Positions 21,112 to 31,360 of a stretch of 64,000 nt of DNA are shown here, piece by piece. The notes beneath the pieces were generated by a model. It was not told where the DNA came from. It saw only the letters and a list, made by a program, of their open reading frames with translations, and searched no databases. Made by a program: the position numbers and the translations under genes. The stretch lies in NCBI GenBank assembly GCA_029261055.1, contig JAJDCA010000044.1, forward strand, positions 77,867 through 141,866, given 5' to 3'. This DNA is from Candidatus Omnitrophota bacterium. GTDB taxonomy: Bacteria > Omnitrophota > Gorgyraeia > Zapsychrales > Zapsychraceae. Numbering within the stretch: the first letter of the stretch is position 1; each line of letters starts with the position of its first letter.

Positions 21112-21948
21112 ATGACACAAAAAAACGAAAAATCATTTTTCCAAGTAATCGTACATTCCTTTTTTATCATCCCATTTTTCATCGCAATCTTTTGCATCTT
21201 ATTATTTTCTGGTGTGCATTTGATGACCAGGGAAGATAAAAATATCTATGATTATCTCGAGGACGTTAAAATAGGAAGTCTAAGCAAACGCTGGCAGGCG
21301 GCTTTTGAATTATCGAAACGATTAGATAATCCCAATGCCTTAGCAAAAGAAGACCGCTTTGCAAAAGAATTAATGACGGCCTTTAAACAGTCTGCCCACG
21401 ATGACAATCGTGTGCGTCAATATTTGGCCTTAGCCATGGGGCGATTAAAAAATGAAAAATTTGCTGACATCTTAACCCAAGCACTCGCCGAGGAAAAAGA
21501 AGAAAACCTTCCTGCACTTATTTACGCCCTCGGTATGTTGAAACAAAAACAGAGTGCGATGTATCTTCACACATATGCAGAGGAACATCCAAACGCCAGA
21601 GTGCGGTCTATCGCCGTTGCCGCCTTAGGAGAAATCGCTGATGAAAAATCGAAATTTATTTTGAAAAAAACCTTGAACGATAAAGAACCTAATGTACAAT
21701 GGGTTTCAGCTATTTCCCTCGCAGGAATGGGGGATGAGTCAGGCAAAAAAATTCTTTTGAAATTATTACATCGCGATTATTTTATAAATTTTTCAGAAGT
21801 GGATCAACAGGAACAAAAAGGGCTCATGCTAAAAACAATTGAAGTCGCGTCCCAATTGAATGACCCTGCACTAAAGACACAACTAAATCTCCTGGCCGAA
21901 ACAGATCAGGATATGGAAATTCGAAAAGCAGCAAAAAAGTTTTTGTAA
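21112..21948 (+). CDS. HEAT/PBS-lyase-type repeat protein with an N-terminal TM anchor
   Basis: Repeated ...VR..A..ALG.I.D... HEAT-like units. Confidence 0.55.
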   Translation: MTQKNEKSFFQVIVHSFFIIPFFIAIFCILLFSGVHLMTREDKNIYDYLEDVKIGSLSKRWQAAFELSKRLDNPNALAKEDRFAKELMTAFKQSAHDDNRVRQYLALAMGRLKNEKFADILTQALAEEKEENLPALIYALGMLKQKQSAMYLHTYAEEHPNARVRSIAVAALGEIADEKSKFILKKTLNDKEPNVQWVSAISLAGMGDESGKKILLKLLHRDYFINFSEVDQQEQKGLMLKTIEVASQLNDPALKTQLNLLAETDQDMEIRKAAKKFL

Positions 21949-21958
21949 CTTTCGTATT

Positions 21959-22474
21959 ATGTCTACACCAAAACCTCAAACAGAACAATCTACAGAACGC
22001 CGAACTTTTATTAAATGGTTCGCCATAGGGTGGGCAGCATTTGCAGCTATTGTCGGCGGCTATGCAACACTCATCTTGCGCTATTTATTTCCCAATGTTT
22101 TATTTGAACCGAAACAGTCTTTTCGTGCAGGAGCGACCAATGAGTATGCCCTCGGTGAAGTTTCCGAACGTTTTAAAGATAAACATGGCGTTTGGATTGT
22201 CCGGGATCAAGAAAAAATTTACGCCTTAGCCACCGTGTGTACACATTTAGGATGCACGCCTAATTGGTTTCCGAATGAAAATAAATTTAAATGCCCTTGT
22301 CATGGTAGTGGATTTTACACAACCGGTGTTAACTTCGAAGGTCCAGCCCCTCGACCGTTGGAGCGCTACAAAATTGCCTTAAATGATGATGGGGAAATTA
22401 TTATTGATAAAACAAAAAAATTTCAACAAGAAAAGGGAGAATGGTCTGATCCGGATTCATTCTTATTAGTTTAG
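21959..22474 (+). CDS. Rieske [2Fe-2S] subunit of the cytochrome bc/b6-type complex (Tat signal RRTFIKW)
   Basis: CTHLGC and CPCHGS boxes. Confidence 0.85.
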   Translation: MSTPKPQTEQSTERRTFIKWFAIGWAAFAAIVGGYATLILRYLFPNVLFEPKQSFRAGATNEYALGEVSERFKDKHGVWIVRDQEKIYALATVCTHLGCTPNWFPNENKFKCPCHGSGFYTTGVNFEGPAPRPLERYKIALNDDGEIIIDKTKKFQQEKGEWSDPDSFLLV

Positions 22475-22479
22475 TCCTT

Positions 22480-23253
22480 ATGTTAGAAAAATTTAAACAA
22501 ACTCAATTCTACCGTGCCATTTTCCGAACCGGGGGCGCACCGATTGCAACACATAAACAACGCATCCTCGTTACGTTAAATAATGTTTTTTTACATCTTC
22601 ATCCAGTCCGCATTCCGAAACATGCCGTTAAAATAAAATACACATGGTGCATGGGTGGTTTGTCATTTTTTGTATTTCTCGTTCTGACGGTCACAGGTAT
22701 TCTTTTAATGTTTTATTACCGGCCAACCATTGAATATGCGTATGGTGACGTTATTGATATGAAGGAGCAAGTTCCATTGGGCTTGATGCGTGAAATTCAC
22801 CGTTGGAATGCTCACTTGATGGTTATTACGGTTTGGCTTCACATGTTTCGTGTTTTTATGACAGGTTCTTACAAACCACCACGTGAATTTAACTGGATGG
22901 TTGGTGTCGTATTACTTATTTTAACCATGCTTTTAAGTTTTACAGGATATCTTCTTCCATGGGATCAATTAGCTATTTGGGCTATTACGGTCGGATCCAA
23001 CATGGCGGGGGCGACACCCATGGTTGGGGCCGCAGGACCAGGATCCTCTTTATTAGCGATTGGCGATGTTAATTTTGTGCACTCAGCCAGTGATGCACGT
23101 TTTGTCATGCTGGGTGGCCGCTTTGTTGGGGAAGGGGCTTTATTACGATTTTACGTTTTACATTGTATTGCTTTGCCGTTTGTCATCATGATTTTTATGA
23201 TCGTCCATTTTTGGCGCATCCGTAAAGACGGCGGCATTTCAGGACCAACTTAA
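22480..23253 (+). CDS. cytochrome b6-like subunit (N-terminal half of split cytochrome b)
   Basis: About 257 aa, 4 TM, conserved His pairs in helices B and D ([18 protein letters not shown]), PEWY-less b6 architecture. Confidence 0.85.
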   Translation: MLEKFKQTQFYRAIFRTGGAPIATHKQRILVTLNNVFLHLHPVRIPKHAVKIKYTWCMGGLSFFVFLVLTVTGILLMFYYRPTIEYAYGDVIDMKEQVPLGLMREIHRWNAHLMVITVWLHMFRVFMTGSYKPPREFNWMVGVVLLILTMLLSFTGYLLPWDQLAIWAITVGSNMAGATPMVGAAGPGSSLLAIGDVNFVHSASDARFVMLGGRFVGEGALLRFYVLHCIALPFVIMIFMIVHFWRIRKDGGISGPT

Positions 23254-23256
23254 TCT

Positions 23257-24372
23257 ATGGAAAATTTTAAAGAAATAATTAATTTTATTGCGGCTCCGCA
23301 AATTATGTTTACGGCGCTTTTGGCGGTATTCTTTTTTATTTTTCCGCCCACCGATTGGTTGTATTCGATTAATCGAAAGTTAGGCCTACATAAATTGTGG
23401 ACCAAGGGTGGCGGAATATTTTTACTGGTAGTAACGTTAGGCTTTTTTATCTTTGGCCTGACTGATGAAAATTTTCGTTTGATTGTAACTAAAGCTGACA
23501 ATGTGCCTATTGTCGGACTTCTTTTCTTGGTCATATTTCTATTGTGGTTGTGTTTGTTCCAAGCCGAAAATAATGACAAGCGCATTGCCGAAGGTAAAGG
23601 GCCGATGGAAGCTGAAGATGCTAAAGAAAAGGTTCTTGTTTGGCCTGATTTAGTCTACATTGAACTCATTGCTTTGGTGATTGTAAGTGCCCTTACCTTA
23701 ATATGGGCCATATCCTTACCGGCACCGCTTGAAGGACCAGCTAATCCTACAGTTTCTCCAAATCCTTCAAAAGCGCCATGGTACTTTTTAGGATTACAAG
23801 AAATGCTCGTGTATTTTGATCCTTGGATTGCCGGGGTGTTATTCCCAACGGTCATCATCATCGGATTCATGGCTATTCCCTTTATTGACAACAATCCAAA
23901 AGGAAGTGGGTACTACACATTTAAAGAACGTAAAATGGCTATTTCCATTTTTCTCTTTTTGTGGCTCCTTTTGTGGCTTTTCCTCATCATGACAGGAACG
24001 TTCTTACGGGGTCCCAATTGGAATTTCTTTGGACCGTTTGAATATTGGGACATTCATAAAGTCGAAGTTTTGACCAACATCAATCTTTCTGAACTTGTGT
24101 ACATGATTTGGCAAAACAAGGCGCTTCCAGACAATATTTTCATTCGAGAAATGTACGGATTTGCAGCGTTGGGTATTTATTTTGGCCTTCTGCCGCTTAT
24201 TTTAGCCAAAACTGTATTTCGAAAAGTGTACGACAGTCTGGGCCCTTTCCGTTACAGTGTCTTTATTGTACTTCTTCTTTTAGCTGTGAGTTTACCGATT
24301 AAAATGTTTTTACGGTGGGGTTTTAACATTAAATACATTGTCGCCATACCGGAGTTCTTCCTTAATATCTAA
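23257..24372 (+). CDS. subunit-IV-like protein (C-terminal half of split cytochrome b), extended to 371 aa
   Basis: Polytopic membrane protein immediately after b6 with a 4-nt gap; no CxxCH. Confidence 0.65.
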   Translation: MENFKEIINFIAAPQIMFTALLAVFFFIFPPTDWLYSINRKLGLHKLWTKGGGIFLLVVTLGFFIFGLTDENFRLIVTKADNVPIVGLLFLVIFLLWLCLFQAENNDKRIAEGKGPMEAEDAKEKVLVWPDLVYIELIALVIVSALTLIWAISLPAPLEGPANPTVSPNPSKAPWYFLGLQEMLVYFDPWIAGVLFPTVIIIGFMAIPFIDNNPKGSGYYTFKERKMAISIFLFLWLLLWLFLIMTGTFLRGPNWNFFGPFEYWDIHKVEVLTNINLSELVYMIWQNKALPDNIFIREMYGFAALGIYFGLLPLILAKTVFRKVYDSLGPFRYSVFIVLLLLAVSLPIKMFLRWGFNIKYIVAIPEFFLNI

Positions 24373-24383
24373 AATATCTGATC

Positions 24384-27317
24384 ATGTCTAAAAAACCTGA
24401 AAGCCATTACAATCTAGATAAACTTCACATGATTTTTGCCATTGCGGCATTGATTATGTTAGCTGCTTTTGGTGGCCTTTTTATGAAAGATTACGATCGA
24501 TCATGGAAGGATTACCAACGCGATTTCAATGGCTATGAAATGGAAAAGACCCGTGTCAAACATGATTCGGAATACAATGCTTTAAAAAATAACAAAGAAT
24601 ACACTACGCTTTTAAGTGAAATTGAAAAAGCTGAAAAAGAATTAAGCTCAAATTGTTCCGACATGGCGGATTTAGAAAATGAAATCGTCCAATTGAATAC
24701 TGAATACGACCTGATTAACCAAAAAGCTAAATTTACTAATGCCGAGGTTGATGCCGCCAAATATCAATTTGAAACAGCGGTTGGCCATCATCAAGGAGAT
24801 GCGGCTGCCACCAAAACGACCTTTTACAATTTAAAAAATAAGGGAGATGCGCTTAAAAATGATTTAGAAACCGCCAAAATTAAACTTGATGACAAAGTTG
24901 CCGCTAAAAAAAATTGTACCGCAAAACTGGATGATTTAAATCGTAAAAAGCGTAATTTATCTACCAAGGAAACTCTGCTTTTGCGCAAATTAAAAACAAT
25001 TGACCCCGAACAAATGTCCTTTATTACACGCATTGGAAACATCATTCGTGATCTTCCCGTCATTGATATGTCGAACCCAACGGTTAAGATAAAACAAGTT
25101 GTTCTCAAGGACATCACGGATGATCGTATTTTGACACAAGTTCCTAAGGTGGATCGATGTATGACGTGCCATTTGGGCATTGATGATCCAGGATACGCCA
25201 CCTTCCAACAACCCTTTAAGACCCATCCCAACCTTGAACTTTACTTGAGCAATGATTCGGAACATCCTGTAGAAGAATTTGGGTGTACCGTGTGTCATTC
25301 CGGTCGGGGAAGAGGTACGAGTTTTAATACGACCTCGCATGCCCCTTCATCTGAAAAACAAAAAGAAGAATGGGAAGAAAAATATGATTGGAAAGTGGAT
25401 CATCATTGGGAAGAACCCATGCTTCCAATTCAAAATGCGCAAGCCGGATGTTTTAAATGTCACAGTGAACAAACGCCTATTAAAGGTGCCGAAAAGTTAA
25501 ATTTAGGATTACAAATAATAGAGAAAGCTGGTTGTTACGGTTGCCATGACATCAAAAAATACAAAGACTGGCCAAAGGCTGGACCAGATCTTACAAAAAT
25601 TGCTTCAAAAACATCCAAAGAGTGGAGCTACAAGTGGATTCAAGATCCACATAAATTCCGCAAAAATACCTGGATGCCGGCATTTTTTAACCAATCCAAC
25701 AATAATGATGCTGCTTCTGTTAAACGCTCCCGTCAAGAAATTCATGCCATGGTGGAATATTTATTTAAAAATAGCGAAGCTTTTAAATTAAAAAATATTC
25801 CTTTTAAACGGGAACCTAAAAATGGAGAAAAGCTTGTTTCGTCTTTAGGGTGTTTAGCCTGCCATCAAATTGATCCGAAGGACACCCCAACCACACGGGA
25901 TTCTTTACGCCAACAGCATGGACCGAATCTGCTTGGATTAGGATCCAAGACATCAAAAGTCTGGCTTTTTCATTGGCTCAAGGATCCTAAACGGTACCAT
26001 CCTGAAACACGCATGCCTTCATTGAGACTTACGGATCAAGAAGCCGCCGACATTGCAGAATTCTTGGGTAATGACTCAAAAAAAGATTTTGACAAAACCC
26101 TCGTTCCTCCGGTAGACAAGACAGTGATCAATGAGATGACGTTTGATTTTCTCCACAAAATGGAACCAGCCCCGACCGCTAAAGCAAAATTAGCTAAGAT
26201 GTCGTTGAACGAAAAACTTGTGTACTCCGGCAAAAAATTAATCAGCCAATATGGATGTTACGCCTGTCATGACATCACAGGATTTGATGGGGCCAAGCCG
26301 ATTGGGACAGCGTTAACAGAAGAAGGCGAAAAGTCCCTGCATAAATTTGATTTCGGTTTTGTCCATATTGATCATTCAAAACATGCCTGGTTTGATCAAA
26401 AATTAAAAGACCCCCGTAGTTTTGATAAAGACAAAGTGAAAACAGCCCATGACAAATTAGTCATGCCTAATTTTGAACTGAGTGAAGAAGAACGTGAAGC
26501 GGTTGTAACGGCACTTTTAGGTTTTGTTTCGGAACGTACTGTTAAAAATAAAAAGAAAGCGCGTACACCTGAAAATTTAATGGTCGAAAAAGGACAAACC
26601 TTGGTGCGTCAGCTTAATTGTAAAGGCTGCCACATCATGGAAGATGAAGGTGGTTCTATTCAGCAAAGTATTATTGATTGGTTAGTCAAATACAAAGAAT
26701 ATGAACGGGGAGAAGCCCAAACCATTGTTACCAGCTTTGCACCACCGAATTTAATCGGCGAAGGCAAGAAGGTTCGACCACAATGGCTTTTTGATTTTCT
26801 CCATCATCCCACACCGATTCGCCCATGGTTAAACACACGTATGCCGACGTACACCTACACAGCCTCCCAACTGAACGGTTTACTTAAATATTTTACAGCC
26901 CTGGATGACGAAGAATTTCCGTTTACAGATAAAGTTGACACCCACATGTCGAAAGCAGAATTTGAAGCCGGCGAAAAATTATTTTCCAATGACTACTTTG
27001 GCTGTGCTAAATGCCACATTGTCGGTGACAAAATGCCAGGCGGATCCCCAGACAGCTGGGCGCCTAATTTTGCACTTTCAAAAGAACGTCTTAAACCGGA
27101 ATGGATTATTGAATGGATGATGAACCCAGCCGACCTTTTACCGGGAACCAAAATGCCGACCTATTTTGATCCAGACAACTTCGATGTCTCCGGACCCGAT
27201 GATTTACTTAATGGCGATGAACATGAACAAATACGTGTACTCCGAGACTATTTAATGAGTTTGTCAGAAAATCCCGAAACGTCACCCCAAAATGAATCAA
27301 CACCACCTACCGAATAA
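24384..27317 (+). CDS. membrane-anchored octahaem c-type cytochrome with a 200-aa N-terminal coiled coil
   Basis: Eight CxxCH motifs (CMTCH, CTVCH, CFKCH, CYGCH, CLACH, CYACH, CKGCH, CAKCH); N-terminal TM helix; 4-nt gap after the subunit-IV gene. Confidence 0.85.
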   Translation: MSKKPESHYNLDKLHMIFAIAALIMLAAFGGLFMKDYDRSWKDYQRDFNGYEMEKTRVKHDSEYNALKNNKEYTTLLSEIEKAEKELSSNCSDMADLENEIVQLNTEYDLINQKAKFTNAEVDAAKYQFETAVGHHQGDAAATKTTFYNLKNKGDALKNDLETAKIKLDDKVAAKKNCTAKLDDLNRKKRNLSTKETLLLRKLKTIDPEQMSFITRIGNIIRDLPVIDMSNPTVKIKQVVLKDITDDRILTQVPKVDRCMTCHLGIDDPGYATFQQPFKTHPNLELYLSNDSEHPVEEFGCTVCHSGRGRGTSFNTTSHAPSSEKQKEEWEEKYDWKVDHHWEEPMLPIQNAQAGCFKCHSEQTPIKGAEKLNLGLQIIEKAGCYGCHDIKKYKDWPKAGPDLTKIASKTSKEWSYKWIQDPHKFRKNTWMPAFFNQSNNNDAASVKRSRQEIHAMVEYLFKNSEAFKLKNIPFKREPKNGEKLVSSLGCLACHQIDPKDTPTTRDSLRQQHGPNLLGLGSKTSKVWLFHWLKDPKRYHPETRMPSLRLTDQEAADIAEFLGNDSKKDFDKTLVPPVDKTVINEMTFDFLHKMEPAPTAKAKLAKMSLNEKLVYSGKKLISQYGCYACHDITGFDGAKPIGTALTEEGEKSLHKFDFGFVHIDHSKHAWFDQKLKDPRSFDKDKVKTAHDKLVMPNFELSEEEREAVVTALLGFVSERTVKNKKKARTPENLMVEKGQTLVRQLNCKGCHIMEDEGGSIQQSIIDWLVKYKEYERGEAQTIVTSFAPPNLIGEGKKVRPQWLFDFLHHPTPIRPWLNTRMPTYTYTASQLNGLLKYFTALDDEEFPFTDKVDTHMSKAEFEAGEKLFSNDYFGCAKCHIVGDKMPGGSPDSWAPNFALSKERLKPEWIIEWMMNPADLLPGTKMPTYFDPDNFDVSGPDDLLNGDEHEQIRVLRDYLMSLSENPETSPQNESTPPTE

Positions 27318-27523
27318 TTTCATAAACCTTTACATATTAAAAATCACGCAAGTCTAAATTACGGTTCCTTTATCGACAAAAAATATCATGAAAGACATGA
27401 AATCGCTTTTAAGCAAAGATTAACGCATTCGGTTCAGAGGAGATCTCCTTCTGGTCGATCTCCAATTCACCTCATGCGCCAATCTTTGCTTTGAGCGATT
27501 GCGACGCTTAATTTGAGACCTTC

Positions 27524-27647
27524 GGTCAACCCGTCTTAACGAGAGGTTTTGTTAAAGCCTGTAGGCGAATTGGACGCAGCTCCCCGCAGGGGAGACCGTC
27601 CTCTGAGCCGAAAGGTTTTAACAAAACATCCAATAGACGGGTTGACT
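27524..27647 (+). ncRNA. candidate structured RNA / cis-regulatory element of about 125 nt
   Basis: 12-bp outer stem gtcaacccgtct(27525-27536)/agacgggttgac(27635-27646), 11-bp inner stem gttttgttaaa/tttaacaaaac, internal hairpins gcct-gt-aggc and ctcccc-gca-ggggag; local GC well above background; lies in the 470-bp gap upstream of the ECF sigma gene. Confidence 0.3.
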
Positions 27648-27788
27648 AAAAGTGTACTTTAATTTGACTTCACCCTAAATTCATGACTGGTTTACCAAAT
27701 ATTTATTTTTTAAAAATTTTCTGTAACTTTTTGCCTTTGTGTGCGTTTAATCTAGTGAGCCAAGGAGAAACTTAAAGGACGTAGCAAT

Positions 27789-28367
27789 ATGGAACAAAAA
27801 GACGAAGACCTAATGCTGCAATACCAAGCCGGTGATGACAAAGGAGTCGCCATGATTTTTCATCGGTACAAAACCAGAATTCTTAACTTTTGCCTGAGGA
27901 TCCTAGGTAATCGGGCAGATGCAGAGGATGTCACCGGAGATGTCTTCTTGGCTTTATTTGACAAAAAGTATGCCTTTACGCCTAAGGCAAAATTTTCAAC
28001 TTGGCTTTTCACGATTGCGCGCAACCGCTGCATTAGCCGGATGCGTAAAAAGAAAAATTTGGTCAATTTGTGGTTTACTAATAGAGAAAGCGGCAAAGTT
28101 GACCAATGGGATATTCCAGATACACAAGCATCATCACAAGAGGCCTTAGTTAAAAGGGAAGCCGCTGTTGCCGTTAAACAGGCCATCAGCCATCTTCCCT
28201 TGGCCCAAAAAGAAGCACTCGTTCTTCGAGAGTATCAAAAGTTTAGTTACCAGGAGATCAGTAAAATTCTTAATTGCAGTTTAGAAAATGTCAAAGTGCT
28301 TATCTTTCGTGCAAGAGAACAATTACGCAATGATCTTGCATCCTTCATAAAGGAGGGAGAGAAATGA
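27789..28367 (+). CDS. ECF-family RNA polymerase sigma factor
   Basis: Sigma-70 region 2 (FSTWLFTIARNRCI) and region 4 (YQEISKILNCSLENVKVLIFRAREQLR). Confidence 0.85.
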   Translation: MEQKDEDLMLQYQAGDDKGVAMIFHRYKTRILNFCLRILGNRADAEDVTGDVFLALFDKKYAFTPKAKFSTWLFTIARNRCISRMRKKKNLVNLWFTNRESGKVDQWDIPDTQASSQEALVKREAAVAVKQAISHLPLAQKEALVLREYQKFSYQEISKILNCSLENVKVLIFRAREQLRNDLASFIKEGEK

Positions 28368-30559
28368 CAGATCATACTCAAATAAAACAATTAATCTCAG
28401 CGCAATTAGATTGCGCAACCACTTCGGAAGAGAATAAGCTCATTACTGAGCATTTAAATACATGTGCATCCTGCCGGCAATACGCCGCAGAGCTTAACAA
28501 CCTTTCAATCGTATTCAAACAATGGCCGGACGAAGATTTATCTCCGGACCTACAACACAAGCTCGGCAGGGCTCTTCCGCAAGAGAATTCTAAGGGAGGC
28601 CGACCCATGAAACCAAAAAGTAATTTATTTAAAACAACCGTAGGTGGCGGTGTTTTAGTCACCATTATTGTTGGGATATTTGTTTTACAAATGTATTCAC
28701 AGAGGGCAATAAAAGTAGAGTTAAGAGATGGTTCAGTAAGAGACCTCATTGCCAGTGGTGAATTAGCACAATATGAGCCTTATTATTTAAAATCAAATTA
28801 CGAAATTAAAGAAGAAATTGCAAATCAACCCAGCACTCCAAGGGTGGATAAAATTGCTAAGCTAGATCAAAAATACTCTGAGGTAGACATGTTTGCTGCA
28901 GGTAAATCAAGTACACCTAAGAAAATTATGCCACAAAGTAAAAAGAAAACTACGTATGCCAAACAGGAAAAACGCCAAAGGGTTCAAAAGGGCATGCAGG
29001 TCGCTGAATACGATGCGCAATTACTTCGCGGTGAGGATAGGATTGCTGGATTTAGGAGTGTAGATGGTGTACCGACGGACTCTTTCGTGGCCTCCATCAT
29101 GCCGTATCCGCAAGAAAATTTTAACACGGAACAGTACAGTCACATCTCCGAAAATCAATTCCTTGAGGTTACGGAAAATCCATTGTCCACATTCTCCATT
29201 GATGTAGACACAGCGAGCTACAGCAATGTTCGTCGCTTCCTTAATAGTGGACAAATGCCACCGGAGGATGCGGTACGGATTGAAGAAATGATTAATTACT
29301 TTACCTACGACTATCCGGAACCAGACGGGAAAGATCCTTTCTCCATCACAACCAACGCAGCGGTCTGTCCGTGGAATACCGAACATCAATTAGTCCGCAT
29401 TGGATTACAGGGTAAAACTTTACAGTCAGAGAGCGTTCCGCCAAGCAATTTAGTTTTTCTCATGGACGTCTCCGGCTCCATGAATTCGGCCAATAAATTA
29501 CCCCTTCTAAAAAATGCCTTCAAAATGATGGTCAATCAACTCAGTGGCAAAGAGCGTGTGGCTATTGTCGTGTACGCCGGGGCTGCTGGCATTGTCCTGG
29601 AATCCACGCCGGGAGACAATAAACATAAAATCTTGGCGGCCATTGACCAATTAAGTGCCGGAGGTTCTACCGCCGGTGGGGCAGGGATTCAGTTAGCTTA
29701 CACTATTGCCAAAACCAATTTCATCAAAGGCGGCAACAACCGTGTCATCCTGGCCACCGATGGTGATTTTAATGTGGGTATGAGCAGTGATGGTGAACTG
29801 GTTCGCCTGATTGAAGAAAAACGTCAAGATGGTATTTTTCTGACGGTGCTTGGTTTCGGCACAGGCAATTACAAAGATGCCAAAATGGAACAATTAGCAA
29901 ACAAGGGTAATGGCAATTTCTATTACATTGACAATCAAAAAGAAGCCAGGAAGGTGATGATCAGTGAATTAGGTTCGACCCTTTTTACCATTGCCAAGGA
30001 TGTTAAACTTCAAATTGAATTCAATCCAGCACAAATCAAAGCTTACCGTCTTGTGGGTTACGAAAACCGGATGCTCGCTAAAGAAGACTTTAACGATGAC
30101 ACCAAAGATGCCGGTGAGTTAGGGGCTGGACATTCTGTCACCGCCCTTTACGAAATTGTCCCGGCGGATTCTGAAGAAGAATTCAAAGTTATTGATGATC
30201 TTGTCTACCAAAAAAGAGAGAGGATCGCAAGCAATGACCTCATGACCGTCAAATTACGTTACAAAGAACCTGATGCTAATAAAAGTAAACTTCTGAAACA
30301 AACAATTACTCAATCAGACTTAACTGAAGCGCCAAAGGGTGACTTCCAATTCGCCTCTGCCGTAGCCGAATTTGGCCTCATTTTACGCAATTCCACATTC
30401 AAATCCAAGGCCACCTACGAACAGGCTCTTCAGAATGCTCAAGCTTCTAAAGGAAAAGACGCCTACGGCTACCGCCAAGAATTCATCAACCTCATCCAAA
30501 AAGCTCAAACACTGGATACCCGTCCAAACACACCTGGAATTATTTTTAAAGGGCAATAA
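28364..30559 (+). CDS. anti-sigma factor (zinc-finger N-terminus, single TM) fused to a von Willebrand factor A domain (YfbK-like)
   Basis: HLNTCASCRQY zinc-binding anti-sigma motif; ATGA overlap with the sigma gene; TM at about aa 90; vWA MIDAS LVFLMDVSGSM...ATDGDFNVG. Confidence 0.8.
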   Translation: MTDHTQIKQLISAQLDCATTSEENKLITEHLNTCASCRQYAAELNNLSIVFKQWPDEDLSPDLQHKLGRALPQENSKGGRPMKPKSNLFKTTVGGGVLVTIIVGIFVLQMYSQRAIKVELRDGSVRDLIASGELAQYEPYYLKSNYEIKEEIANQPSTPRVDKIAKLDQKYSEVDMFAAGKSSTPKKIMPQSKKKTTYAKQEKRQRVQKGMQVAEYDAQLLRGEDRIAGFRSVDGVPTDSFVASIMPYPQENFNTEQYSHISENQFLEVTENPLSTFSIDVDTASYSNVRRFLNSGQMPPEDAVRIEEMINYFTYDYPEPDGKDPFSITTNAAVCPWNTEHQLVRIGLQGKTLQSESVPPSNLVFLMDVSGSMNSANKLPLLKNAFKMMVNQLSGKERVAIVVYAGAAGIVLESTPGDNKHKILAAIDQLSAGGSTAGGAGIQLAYTIAKTNFIKGGNNRVILATDGDFNVGMSSDGELVRLIEEKRQDGIFLTVLGFGTGNYKDAKMEQLANKGNGNFYYIDNQKEARKVMISELGSTLFTIAKDVKLQIEFNPAQIKAYRLVGYENRMLAKEDFNDDTKDAGELGAGHSVTALYEIVPADSEEEFKVIDDLVYQKRERIASNDLMTVKLRYKEPDANKSKLLKQTITQSDLTEAPKGDFQFASAVAEFGLILRNSTFKSKATYEQALQNAQASKGKDAYGYRQEFINLIQKAQTLDTRPNTPGIIFKGQ

Positions 30560-30617
30560 TTCAAATATCTGACGATTGAATTATTGTAACCTACTGAAAA
30601 TAAACAATAAAATACGA

Positions 30618-30651
30618 CTTATGAAATTGCCCCACGGGGCAATTTCATAAG
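30618..30651 (+). other. perfect 15-bp-stem hairpin cttatgaaattgcccc-acg-gggcaatttcataag
   Basis: Exact inverted repeat downstream of the vWA gene. Confidence 0.7.
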
Positions 30652-30654
30652 TCA

Positions 30655-30683
30655 AAAGTACGTACGCACGTACGTACTTTTTC
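30655..30683 (+). terminator. Rho-independent terminator: aaagtacgtacg-cac-cgtacgtacttt followed by a T-tract
   Basis: 10-bp stem followed by tttttc. Confidence 0.6.
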
Positions 30684-30684
30684 T

Positions 30685-30707
30685 ATTCTTGACAAGTTGT
30701 CAAGAAT
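30685..30707 (+). promoter_or_regulatory. 23-bp palindromic operator attcttgacaa-g-ttgtcaagaat embedding a TTGACA -35 hexamer, 15 nt upstream of the antitoxin start
   Basis: Exact inverted repeat centred at 30696. Confidence 0.5.
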
Positions 30708-30722
30708 ATTCCATACTTAAGT

Positions 30723-30962
30723 ATGAAAACATTCAACGTTGGAGAATTAAAAGCAAATTTTTCTCAAGTCCTTGAAGACGTAAAAAATGGAGAAAAAATT
30801 ACTATTTCTTTTGGTAAGAAAAAAGAAAAGGTTGCTGTTATTGTGCCCTACAAAAAATATGCCGTGCCCAAAAAACGAAAACTTGGTCTATTTGAACACA
30901 AGGTAAAATACAAAATTCACAAAGATTTTAAGATGACTGAAGAAGAGTTTCTTAACTCATGA
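30723..30962 (+). CDS. type II antitoxin (Phd/YefM or AbrB-like)
   Basis: 79 aa, lysine-rich, ATGA overlap with the downstream PIN gene. Confidence 0.6.
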   Translation: MKTFNVGELKANFSQVLEDVKNGEKITISFGKKKEKVAVIVPYKKYAVPKKRKLGLFEHKVKYKIHKDFKMTEEEFLNS

Positions 30963-31360
30963 AAATTTTACTGGATACGCACATCCTTTTGTGGGCCTTA
31001 TTTGATGCAAAAAAACTTAACAAAAATGAACAAATTATTTTAGAAGACAATGCTACTGAAATTTTTGTAAGTAGCATTAGTTTATGGGAAATTTCATTAA
31101 AGTATGCTTTAAAAAAACTTGATTTAGAACATGGCTCACCTGAAGACATCCCCAGCTTCGCACGCCAAACAGGTTTTGACATTATTCAAATGACTGAAAC
31201 TGAAGCCTCAACTCACTTCAAATTACCACCGTTATCTCACAAAGACCCATTTGACAGAATGCTCATATGGCAGGCTATTAACAGAGAGTTGTGTCTAATG
31301 ACGCATGACAAAGAATACAATGCCTACACAAAATGGGGATTAAAACTGCTCAACAAGTAA
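30959..31360 (+). CDS. vapC: PIN-domain toxin (VapC-like)
   Basis: ILLDTHILLW N-terminal Asp motif, ...MTHDKEY C-terminal acidic motif. Confidence 0.75.
   Translation: MKILLDTHILLWALFDAKKLNKNEQIILEDNATEIFVSSISLWEISLKYALKKLDLEHGSPEDIPSFARQTGFDIIQMTETEASTHFKLPPLSHKDPFDRMLIWQAINRELCLMTHDKEYNAYTKWGLKLLNK

Noticed and set aside
27438-27462. ggagatctcc self-palindrome and repeated gatctcc downstream of the octahaem cytochrome gene
   Set aside because: Too short or loop-less to be a credible terminator; possibly a restriction-site-like palindrome only
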